Of a DNA stretch of 64,000 nt, positions 39,414 through 47,116 are shown piece after piece (position 1 is the first letter of the stretch; the number at the start of each line of letters is the position of its first letter). The notes under the pieces are model-generated. The model had not been told where the DNA came from. It searched no databases and worked only from the letters and a program-made list of their open reading frames with translations. This DNA comes from an uncultured Bacteroidales bacterium (lineage in GTDB: Bacteria; Bacteroidota; Bacteroidia; Bacteroidales; FEN-979): assembly GCA_903959905.1 (NCBI GenBank), contig CAJBYO010000029.1:169518-233517 (forward strand), written 5' to 3'. Both the position numbers and the translations under genes were made by a program.

Positions 39414-40640
39414 TCAGTTACTGATGATTCCCAGGAATTTCAGTGCCTCCAGTGTCACCGTTTTCCTTGCCATGGCAAAATCATTTACCACATCCTGGTT
39501 CATTGGCTCAACAAGTGTGGCGATGAAATATACTTTTCCTTTTGTTTCAAGATAACCGACAAACCACCCATAGTTGTTGCCGTTGCGGACCGCCCAGCCG
39601 GTTTTCCCGCTGAGGGTGTATCCGGCAGTGACTTCATTGACCATAATACGCCTGACTGCCTGCATGACTGATTTTTTCAACGGGAGTTCTTCCCTGTAAA
39701 GACGTTCAAGGAAATCAACCTGTTGGCGCGGTGTGATCCGGGATGAGCCTTCAAGCCAAAAGAGATCAAGGTTGCCGGCATTGACGTCCATGGCCCCGAA
39801 CCTGAGTTTTGACAGGTAACCGTTCATCCGTTTTAGCCCGGTTTTCCTGGCAATTTCCTGGTAGCAGGGCACACAGGAAACCCTGAATGCCTCTGTCAGC
39901 GTGAGGTCACGTTCCCACTGCGGCAGCCTCCGTTTTTCCCCTTTCCACCTGAAAATATACCCGGTGTCAATCACCCCGGCCTCCAGTCCGATCAGGGTAT
40001 TGGGGATTTTAAAGGTAGATGCAGGCAGGTAACCGCTGTCCCACAAGGCTGGCTGGTATCCCATTGTCCTGTTTTTTTCAGGGTCAAGGATCATGATGGT
40101 ACCGGTCAGTCCCGCTTTGTCAAAGAAACTTTTGAAGATCACTGCAGTATCCGCCTCCCATTTAAGGGCGGTCACTGTTTTCATGACCTCATTGGGAATT
40201 GCCGCAGAAAGCACATACTGTGCGATCTTCCACTGGCCATCCTGCTTTGAAAGTACACCCGATCCACGGCATACACCCATCTGGGTAATGAGCAATTCGT
40301 CAAACCAGGCCGTTGTTCCATCCGGAGCAAGATAAAGATGCCGGTTAAACGCGGTAAAGTGCCAGGTATGTTTCCGGTCAAAATAGGGTTTGCTCCATTT
40401 GCTGAATTCCGCCACTGACCAGTGTTCTGATGCATCTGTACCGATATAAACACCATCAGGGGCCATTGCGCCTATGTAAGCTTCATGGTTTGCCTGTGAA
40501 GCATCATTATGCCACTTGTTAAGGATACCGGAAATGTGCGTCTTTATGGTGTCTGCGCCACTTTGTGCGAGCAGGTGATTGTTCACGGTCAGCAGGGCAA
40601 AAAGCACTAGCAGGAAAGGGAGTCTCTTCATTCGGCTCAT
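39414..40640 (-). CDS. Class D (OXA-type) beta-lactamase domain fused to an N-terminal NTF2/SnoaL-like domain
   Basis: The C-terminal half has class D motifs in order: STFK (PASTFKIPNTLIGLE), SxV (SCV), FWLEGS..ITP.QQV.FL, KTG (SGKTGW), GWFVGY. The N-terminal roughly 150 aa (ILNKWHNDASQANHEAYIGAMAPDGVYIG...DGQWKIAQYVLS) look NTF2-like. Signal peptide present. Start at 40640 or 40631. Confidence 0.75.
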   Translation of the reverse strand: MSRMKRLPFLLVLFALLTVNNHLLAQSGADTIKTHISGILNKWHNDASQANHEAYIGAMAPDGVYIGTDASEHWSVAEFSKWSKPYFDRKHTWHFTAFNRHLYLAPDGTTAWFDELLITQMGVCRGSGVLSKQDGQWKIAQYVLSAAIPNEVMKTVTALKWEADTAVIFKSFFDKAGLTGTIMILDPEKNRTMGYQPALWDSGYLPASTFKIPNTLIGLEAGVIDTGYIFRWKGEKRRLPQWERDLTLTEAFRVSCVPCYQEIARKTGLKRMNGYLSKLRFGAMDVNAGNLDLFWLEGSSRITPRQQVDFLERLYREELPLKKSVMQAVRRIMVNEVTAGYTLSGKTGWAVRNGNNYGWFVGYLETKGKVYFIATLVEPMNQDVVNDFAMARKTVTLEALKFLGIISN

Positions 40641-40680
40641 ATTGAGGAATATTGACATACACAAGTTTTACCGGCAGTCA

Positions 40681-41325
40681 CTAAAAGGAGAACCCGATGC
40701 GGTAGGTCGTGGCAGCGTAGTAGGGGGAGTCAGATCCGTAGAGAATGTCGTAAAGGACTGACATGTTTATCCCGTTCCGTTTTCCAAGCCGGATGTTAAC
40801 GCCGGCACCCAGGAACCATGAATCAACATATTCAAACTCCCTGACCAGCTTCCCTGACGTTTTATCTGTTACATAATGCTGGTTGTCAATACCCTGGTAT
40901 TCTGTCCAGAGATAAACGAATTTTAAAAGCTGTGCTTTGGCGAAAACAATGCCGCCAAACCCGTTGAGGTTCTGCTTTAGGCCGCGCTGGTAATTGAACA
41001 GGTAGGTTGGCCCGGTGCCGATACTGAGGATCTTTGGAAAACGGTACGAAACCAGAATGGTGATTTGTCCGAAAACCTGGCTGGTATTGGCCCAGAAACT
41101 TGTATTCACATCAAAATCAATTCGGTCTTTCCACGGCCTGGTATCTTTGCGAACAGGCTTTGCTGCCGGTTGTTCCTGCTGTTTTACAGGAGCAACTTTA
41201 ATTGTCGTGTCAGATTGTATTGCCACATTGGTTTTTACGATGGTATCGGGACTGGCAGGGTTTTGAGCCTGGAGAAAAAGATTCACTACCAGTAGGAAAA
41301 ATATAATGGACAGAGTTTGTTTCAT
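40681..41325 (-). CDS. Hypothetical secreted protein, probable small outer-membrane beta-barrel
   Basis: Signal peptide MKQTLSIIFFLLVVNLFLQAQ; alternating beta-strand pattern; C-terminal aromatic residue (YRIGFSF). Confidence 0.5.
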   Translation of the reverse strand: MKQTLSIIFFLLVVNLFLQAQNPASPDTIVKTNVAIQSDTTIKVAPVKQQEQPAAKPVRKDTRPWKDRIDFDVNTSFWANTSQVFGQITILVSYRFPKILSIGTGPTYLFNYQRGLKQNLNGFGGIVFAKAQLLKFVYLWTEYQGIDNQHYVTDKTSGKLVREFEYVDSWFLGAGVNIRLGKRNGINMSVLYDILYGSDSPYYAATTYRIGFSF

Positions 41326-41339
41326 TTTTTCTTTTTCTG

Positions 41340-41347
41340 CAAAAGTA
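41340..41347 (-). promoter_or_regulatory. -7 box (TAnnTTTG)
   Basis: The minus strand reads tacttttg, 15 nt upstream of the ATG at 41325 (very short leader). Confidence 0.4.
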
Positions 41348-41566
41348 ATAAAATGCTGCGTGCCCGACCATCAAGCTGGAACATACAAAGGCAGATGGTT
41401 CATGTTGTATGAATCTGGAAGGCCCTTTTATAACCATGCTTGTGTTTTATTCATGGGGCACCGGAAATTTTATGATATTTGATGAAAAAATAAACCGGTT
41501 GAACCGGAACCGGTGAAAAAACGGATCAGATGTGTTTCGTTTTTTTCTTTCAACCCAAGGTAACAG

Positions 41567-42598
41567 ATGATGATAGATTTACGAAGTGATACTGTAACCC
41601 GTCCGACGGGAGCAATGCTTGAAGCCATGTTTGCCGCAAAAGTCGGAGATGATGTTTTTGGGGATGACCCTACGGTTATTGCCCTGGAAGAAAAAGCAGC
41701 GTGCCTGTTCGGGATGGAGGCGTCGTTGTTCTGCCCGTCAGGAACGATGACCAACCAGGTTGCCATCAATGTACACACAAGGCCGGGAGATGAAGTGATC
41801 TGCCATAAATATTCGCATATTTATTATTATGAAGGCGGTGCCATCATGCGCAATTCAGGTGTTTCCGTTTGCCTCCTTGACGGCCCGCGCGGGCAGATAA
41901 CAGCCAGCGGTGTAGAAAGCAACATCAATCCCGACGATATACACCGCCCGGTCACATCCCTGGTGGAGGTGGAGAACAGCATGAATAAAGGCGGCGGTAC
42001 CATATATGCCTATGATGAACTTTCAGCCATTTCGGAAGTTTGCCGCAGGCACGGGCTAAAACTGCACCTGGATGGGGCCAGGTTATTTAACGCACTGGCT
42101 GAAACAAAGGAAAACCCGGAGAAATACGGACGGATATTTGATTCTGTCTCTGTTTGCCTGTCAAAAGGGCTTGGTGCCCCTGTCGGATCCCTGCTCCTCG
42201 GTGATAAAGCATTCATCAAACGTGCCCGCAGGGTCAGGAAAGCATTCGGAGGCGCCATGAGGCAGGCAGGCTACCTGGCTGCAGCCGGAATTTATGCGCT
42301 TGATCACAACATTGAAAGGTTGAAAGAGGACAATGACCGCGCCAGGATCCTGGGAAAAACCCTTGAATCCCTGCCATTTGTTGAATCTGTCATACCTGTT
42401 GAGACAAACATTGTCATTTTCAGGCTGAAGAAAAAAGAAGGGTCAAAGGAATTTCTTGAACTCTTAAAGGGATACGACATCCACGCAATTCCGTTTGACA
42501 ATCAAACCATTCGGTTTGTCACCCACCTCGATTTCACAGATAACATGCTTGATAAAGTAGCGGATACACTCAAATTACTCCCGGCAAAATTCAACTAA
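41567..42598 (+). CDS. ltaE: Low-specificity L-threonine aldolase
   Basis: N-terminal MIDLRSDTVTRPT, GDDVFGDDPT and a PLP-fold; 343 aa. Confidence 0.9.
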   Translation: MMIDLRSDTVTRPTGAMLEAMFAAKVGDDVFGDDPTVIALEEKAACLFGMEASLFCPSGTMTNQVAINVHTRPGDEVICHKYSHIYYYEGGAIMRNSGVSVCLLDGPRGQITASGVESNINPDDIHRPVTSLVEVENSMNKGGGTIYAYDELSAISEVCRRHGLKLHLDGARLFNALAETKENPEKYGRIFDSVSVCLSKGLGAPVGSLLLGDKAFIKRARRVRKAFGGAMRQAGYLAAAGIYALDHNIERLKEDNDRARILGKTLESLPFVESVIPVETNIVIFRLKKKEGSKEFLELLKGYDIHAIPFDNQTIRFVTHLDFTDNMLDKVADTLKLLPAKFN

Positions 42599-42609
42599 GC
42601 GCCTGATTC

Positions 42610-42728
42610 GTCACTCGTCATTTGTCATTCGTCATTCGTCATTCGTCACCCGTCACCTGTCACCCGTCACCCGTCACCTGTCACCTGTCACCCGTCACGC
42701 GTCACCCGTCACGCGTCACGCCTCATCC
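42610..42728. repeat. 7-bp tandem array GTCAnnn (17 units), grading from GTCATTC into GTCACCC/GTCACGC
   Basis: Units read gtcactc gtcattt gtcattc x3 gtcaccc gtcacct gtcaccc x2 gtcacct x2 gtcaccc gtcacgc gtcaccc gtcacgc x2 ctcatcc. The array lies between convergent ltaE and thiL and contains the thiL stop and its last 4 codons. Confidence 0.92.
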
Positions 42729-43782
42729 CATCCCATCCCTGTGCCGTGATCGGAACCGCCTTCCCATCCGGAGTGATCATATACTTACCCTCTGCCGCTG
42801 CAGTCATATGTCCGATAATGCTGATGCCTGCAATATCTTTTATTTTTTCGTAGTCATCCTGCTTCACGGTGAAAAGCAGTTCATAATCCTCGCCGCCGCT
42901 CAAGGCAGCAACGCTGGGAATGATCTTGTACTCCTTGGCAACTTCGCGCGTATGGGCATCCATGGGGATTTTTCCTTCAAAGAGTTTGCACCCGACTCCC
43001 GAATGTTTGCAGATATGCAGGATCTCGGAGGCAAGCCCGTCGGAAATATCGATCATGGAAGTTGGTCTGACCCCGATGCCGATCAGCAGGTTTCTTACGT
43101 CGGTGCGGGCTTCGGGCCGCAGCTGACGGCCAACCTGGTAATCAAAACCGGTTAATTCGGGCTGCATGTTCGGATCAACCTGGAATACTGACTTTTCGCG
43201 TTCCAGCACCAACAGTCCAATATAGGCGCTACCCAGGTCGCCGGTCACACAAAGAAGGTCGCCCGGCCTGGCCCCGCTTCGGTAAGTAACATCCTCTTTG
43301 TTCGCAATGCCGGTTACTGTGACGGAGATCATAAGGCCTTTCACATTTGAACTGGTGTCGCCACCAACCAGGTCAACTTTATATTTATCGCATGCCATGA
43401 TGATGCCGGCATAGAGTTCATCAAGCGCTTCGGCAGAAAACCTGCTGGAAACGGCCAGGGAGACGGTCATCTGCATGGGAATGCCGTTCATGGCGGCAAT
43501 ATCAGAGATGTTGACCACTGCAGCCTTGTACCCGAGATGTTTGAAAGGCATGTAGGTAAGGTCAAAATGGATCCCTTCAACCAGCAAGTCTGTTGACATC
43601 AGCATGACCTTGTCTCCCAGATCAAACACAGCGGCGTCATCACCAATGCCTTTAAGGGTTTCTGGATGATAGTGCTTTACGTTCTTTGTAAGCCTGTCAA
43701 TCAGCCCAAATTCGCCCAGTTCAGAAAGTGAGGTAAGTTTCGGAGCGGTGGGGGCTGTTTTTTTATTTTTATTTTCGTACAT
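42709..43782 (-). CDS. thiL: Thiamine-monophosphate kinase
   Basis: GEFGLIDRL...GIGDDAAVF and an AIR-synthase-like fold (GGDTS, GGEDYELLFT). Start moved to MYENKNKK at 43782, because the upstream 34 codons of the ORF are tandem-repeat sequence. Confidence 0.88.
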   Translation of the reverse strand: MYENKNKKTAPTAPKLTSLSELGEFGLIDRLTKNVKHYHPETLKGIGDDAAVFDLGDKVMLMSTDLLVEGIHFDLTYMPFKHLGYKAAVVNISDIAAMNGIPMQMTVSLAVSSRFSAEALDELYAGIIMACDKYKVDLVGGDTSSNVKGLMISVTVTGIANKEDVTYRSGARPGDLLCVTGDLGSAYIGLLVLEREKSVFQVDPNMQPELTGFDYQVGRQLRPEARTDVRNLLIGIGVRPTSMIDISDGLASEILHICKHSGVGCKLFEGKIPMDAHTREVAKEYKIIPSVAALSGGEDYELLFTVKQDDYEKIKDIAGISIIGHMTAAAEGKYMITPDGKAVPITAQGWDGMRRDA

Positions 43783-43799
43783 GAGGCTGCGTAGTAATT

Positions 43800-43869
43800 T
43801 GAAACTTGAGACTTGAAATTTGAGATTTGAGATTTGAGATTTGAGATTTGAGATTTGAGATTTGAGAAT
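43800..43869. repeat. 7-bp tandem array TGAGATT (10 units, 6 consecutive perfect)
   Basis: Units read tgaaact tgagact tgaaatt (tgagatt)x6 tgagaat. The array begins 17 nt upstream of the thiL ATG, counted on the minus strand. Confidence 0.92.
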
Positions 43870-44053
43870 TGTGTCCACCTGCAAAATTACGATTAATTTA
43901 GAATATGCCTTAGCAGCGATTCCAGTCCCATTCAGCTGCTACGAGGCCGTAACTTATTGTTTTTATGAATCCCGCGGAAGCCTAAATATCGACAAACCCG
44001 GTTTCATTCTGAAATTAACAGGGTGAGATAAGCTGAATTATGAGTATTTTTGA

Positions 44054-45025
44054 ATGGAAACAAAAACCGGTTTTACCGGGAACAGTAATCTGCCTTTGGT
44101 GAAAAGTATAATCGCGTTAACATTTGTGGTTGGGTTTTGTTTGGTCAAACTGCAGGGGCAAACGGTAACCGATATGGACGGCAATGTTTACCAAACGGTT
44201 ACCATCGGCAAACAGGTTTGGATGGCGGAAAACCTGAAGACAACCAGGTTCCGTGATGGCAGCGGGATTCAGCAGGTCACGGACAGTTCTGCATGGAACG
44301 GGGCCAGTTTGCCGGGCTATTGCTGGTATTCAAATACAGCAATTTACAAGGATATCTTTGGCGCTTTATATAACTGGTATGCTGTAAACACCGGTAAACT
44401 CGCTCCTGAAGGCTGGCATGTGGCCACCGATGCTGAATGGACCACGCTCACTGAATTCCTGGGAGGTGCAGCATCTGCCGGAGGCAAGCTGAAATCGGTG
44501 GGAACCATTGAAGTAGGAACCAGTTACTGGTATACTCCCAATACAAACGCAACCAATACCAGCGGATTCTCCGCATTGGGTGGAGGTGCCCGCGAATTTG
44601 ACGGCCAATTCAATTACATGTTCAGCTATGGTTACTGGTGGACGGCCACTGCCGGGAACCCGGGATATGCGCTGAGCAGAAGGTTGAGCTACAATTACCC
44701 CGGAATTGATCGCGGGCCATGGAATATACAGAACGGACTGTCTGTCAGATGTGTGAAAGATCCCGGCCCGGGAACGGAGGAAAACCGGCCGGGAAAAATG
44801 ATAAAAATACACTCAGGCCAGTCAGATGACATGTTGATCATTGAATCTGAGATGTCGCAATTGCTGGAAGTCGCAGTGTATGATATAACCGGAAACAGAC
44901 TGATCGCAAAGACAATAACAGGAACCAGGAGTGAAATTGATATGGCGGCATTGTCACGCGGAATGTACATTATTCACCTGTCGGGACCTGACTGGCAATT
45001 ACAGCGTAAACTGATAAAAAACTGA
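44054..45025 (+). CDS. Fibrobacter succinogenes major paralogous (FISUMP) domain protein with T9SS C-terminal sorting domain
   Basis: DGNVYQTVTIGKQVWMAENL, FGALYNWYA and GYWWTAT are typical of TIGR02145. The C-terminal beta-sandwich ends GMYIIHLSG... Confidence 0.75.
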   Translation: METKTGFTGNSNLPLVKSIIALTFVVGFCLVKLQGQTVTDMDGNVYQTVTIGKQVWMAENLKTTRFRDGSGIQQVTDSSAWNGASLPGYCWYSNTAIYKDIFGALYNWYAVNTGKLAPEGWHVATDAEWTTLTEFLGGAASAGGKLKSVGTIEVGTSYWYTPNTNATNTSGFSALGGGAREFDGQFNYMFSYGYWWTATAGNPGYALSRRLSYNYPGIDRGPWNIQNGLSVRCVKDPGPGTEENRPGKMIKIHSGQSDDMLIIESEMSQLLEVAVYDITGNRLIAKTITGTRSEIDMAALSRGMYIIHLSGPDWQLQRKLIKN

Positions 45026-45026
45026 A

Positions 45027-46337
45027 ATGATACAAAAGATACTGGAGAAACTCGGGATCGCCTCCTTGAATAAAATGCAGCTGGCTGCCATTGATGCGGC
45101 TAAAAAATCAGCTGATTTAATTCTGCTTTCCCCAACCGGATCAGGGAAAACGCTTGCGTTCCTTTTACCCGTTCTGGCCACATTAAAACCGGAAACGACC
45201 GGGGTGCAGGCATTGATTCTGGTGCCCTCGCGGGAACTCGCGTTGCAAATAGAGCAGGTATTTAAACAGATGCAAACCGGTTTAAAGGTGAGCTGTTTCT
45301 ATGGCGGGCATGCCTCCAGAACGGAGCGCAACAGCCTGGCACATCCTCCCGCGGTACTCGTTGGAACACCGGGTAGGATTGCCTACCATGTCCGCCATGA
45401 AACATTTGACACCGACAGCATTCATTTCCTGGTGCTGGATGAATTTGACAAGTCACTGGAGTTTGGATTCAAGGAGGATATGTCCTTCATTATCACCCGG
45501 CTGAAAAAACTTCAGAAACGGTTCCTGACTTCCGCGACCAACATGCCCGAAATTCCTGCATTCACGGGGATCAGGAAGCCTGTTCAGCTTGATTTTTTAG
45601 ACAAACGCTCACCTACCACAACGGGTTTGGCATCAAAATATATCCGGGCCGGCGACAACGACAAATTGCAGGTTTTGTTTGCCCTCATCTGCAAACTGCA
45701 GAATAAACCCGCCCTGATTTTTTGCAACCACCGCGAAGCGGTTGAGCGTGTAAGCCTGTTGCTTACTGAAAAAGTGTTGCCGCATGGCATTTTCCACGGG
45801 GGGATGGAGCAGGAGGACCGGGAGTGTTCCCTTATTAAATTCCGGAACGGAAGCCATCGCATCCTTGTTACCACAGATCTTGCATCGCGCGGGCTCGACA
45901 TTCCTGAAATAGAGGCGATCATCCATTACCAGCTGCCTGTTACCGAGGATGTTTTCACCCACCGCAACGGCAGAACAGCCAGGATGAACGCATCGGGAAC
46001 GTCGTATTTGCTTCTTGCACTAAATGACCGTTTGCCGGCATTCCTGAAAGAGCCGCCGGAAGCGGAAGTGCTGCCGGAAAAGATCATCATGCCGGGGAAG
46101 GCTCCTTGGCGTACCCTCTATATCTCAGCCGGGAAGAAGGAGAAGATCAACAAAATGGATGTTGTGGGCATGCTGCTGCAAAAAGGTAAACTTGCCAAAG
46201 AAGAGCTGGGGCTTGTGGAGGTGCTGGATCATGCTGCCTATGCTGCCGTTCGCACTGACAAGATCGGCAAGGTGGTTGATCTGATCAGGAATGAAAAGAT
46301 CAAAAATAAAAAAGTGAGGATTGAGATTGCCCGGTGA
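45027..46337 (+). CDS. DEAD-box ATP-dependent RNA helicase with DbpA-like C-terminal RNA-binding domain
   Basis: Walker A SPTGSGKT, motif II as DEFD, SAT, HRNGRTAR; C-terminal ISAGKKEKINKMDVVGML region (DbpA-like). Confidence 0.88.
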   Translation: MIQKILEKLGIASLNKMQLAAIDAAKKSADLILLSPTGSGKTLAFLLPVLATLKPETTGVQALILVPSRELALQIEQVFKQMQTGLKVSCFYGGHASRTERNSLAHPPAVLVGTPGRIAYHVRHETFDTDSIHFLVLDEFDKSLEFGFKEDMSFIITRLKKLQKRFLTSATNMPEIPAFTGIRKPVQLDFLDKRSPTTTGLASKYIRAGDNDKLQVLFALICKLQNKPALIFCNHREAVERVSLLLTEKVLPHGIFHGGMEQEDRECSLIKFRNGSHRILVTTDLASRGLDIPEIEAIIHYQLPVTEDVFTHRNGRTARMNASGTSYLLLALNDRLPAFLKEPPEAEVLPEKIIMPGKAPWRTLYISAGKKEKINKMDVVGMLLQKGKLAKEELGLVEVLDHAAYAAVRTDKIGKVVDLIRNEKIKNKKVRIEIAR

Positions 46338-46400
46338 ACAGACGCTAACCTCCCCATCCTTTTCGTCTGAAATGAGAATAGTCTTTTTGTATAAACATAA

Positions 46401-46439
46401 TACATCATTCGGAGGGCCAGGGGCTCTCCGAATGATGTA
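46401..46439. terminator. Bidirectional hairpin between convergent helicase and small-ORF/DUF3127 transcripts
   Basis: A 14-bp perfect stem: tacatcattcggag (46401-14) pairs with ctccgaatgatgta (46426-39). There is no strong T-tract on the plus side and a modest U-rich tail on the minus side. Confidence 0.5.
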
Positions 46440-46493
46440 CACGAAATTGGCGGTATAGGCCAGAAAAGAAAATTGGTGAAGTACTGAGAAAAC

Positions 46494-46595
46494 CTATTTC
46501 TTGGCTTTCTTCTCTTTCTTCTCCAGTCTTTTTTCTTTCAGCGTCTTAGTCGGTTCTTTCTTTACCTCTTTTTTCTGATCTTGTCCTTTTGACAT
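46494..46595 (-). CDS. Candidate 33-aa lysine-rich small protein
   Basis: Hand translation gives MSKGQDQKKEVKKEPTKTLKEKRLEKKEKKAKK then stop. It lies 43 nt downstream of the DUF3127 gene on the same strand and is below the ORF-track size cutoff. Composition could also arise by chance in an A-rich spacer. Confidence 0.3.
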   Translation of the reverse strand: MSKGQDQKKEVKKEPTKTLKEKRLEKKEKKAKK

Positions 46596-46638
46596 AACGA
46601 TTTGTTTTTAAGGTTGTTGAATGTTAGATTAAGTCGTA

Positions 46639-46983
46639 TTAGAAAGGCATCCCGTCGCCGGATGGCATTTCAAAATAGCCGGGAGGCGGCTCCTGCTCTG
46701 ATGGCAGGGATTGTCCGGCACCCTTTTTAACAATTTTCCAGGCCTTGGCTTCGGTATACCATCGGTTGTTGAATTCGCGGCTTTCAAGGTCGAAGGATAC
46801 CTCGGCATCTTCACCTTCTGCCAACTTGAACTGGTCAATTTTATCTCCCCACAGGGAAAAGCAGATCTTCCGGGGGATCTGGGCCGACGTTTCAATGATA
46901 AATTCCTGTTTTTTCCAGGTTCCGTTCTTGCCTTCGCCCGACTGAAGGGGTAAAAGTTTAATGATCTTTCCTGTTACATCCAT
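46639..46983 (-). CDS. DUF3127-like (OB-fold, SSB-like) protein
   Basis: MDVTGKIIKLLPLQSGEGKNGTWKKQEFIIETSAQIPRKICFSLWGDKID matches my recollection of the DUF3127 family N-terminus. Confidence 0.7.
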   Translation of the reverse strand: MDVTGKIIKLLPLQSGEGKNGTWKKQEFIIETSAQIPRKICFSLWGDKIDQFKLAEGEDAEVSFDLESREFNNRWYTEAKAWKIVKKGAGQSLPSEQEPPPGYFEMPSGDGMPF

Positions 46984-47077
46984 GATAACCAGTTACTTTA
47001 TGATAATTAATCTGTTCGCGTTTTACTGAACGAAAATAAAACAAATTGACACATGATGATCAATTGTTGATAATTAA

Positions 47078-47085
47078 GGTATTTG
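47078..47085 (+). promoter_or_regulatory. -7 box (TAnnTTTG)
   Basis: tatctttg lies 32 nt upstream of the ATG at 47117. Confidence 0.45.
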
Positions 47086-47116
47086 ATTATCTTTGATCAA
47101 CCTAAAACCTCTGCGT

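Noticed and set aside
42622-43155. 177-aa + strand ORF beginning SPVTCHPSPVTCH
   Set aside because: The N-terminus is the GTCAnnn array, and the rest is antisense to the well-supported thiL gene.
44044-44051. TAnnTTTG-like box (tatttttg) 3 nt before the ATG of the FISUMP gene
   Set aside because: It is too close to the start codon to be a normal promoter for that start. It could be coincidental in AT-rich sequence, so it is not reported as a feature.
43783-44053. TPP riboswitch upstream of thiL; also a Mn riboswitch upstream of mntH (8958-9061) and a glycine riboswitch upstream of gcvH (34141-34219)
   Set aside because: I could not find the conserved cores (for example CUGAGA...ACCUGAUCUGGAUAAUGCCAGC for TPP). 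The spacers are too short or are filled by repeats or terminators. A covariance-model scan would be needed to exclude them formally.
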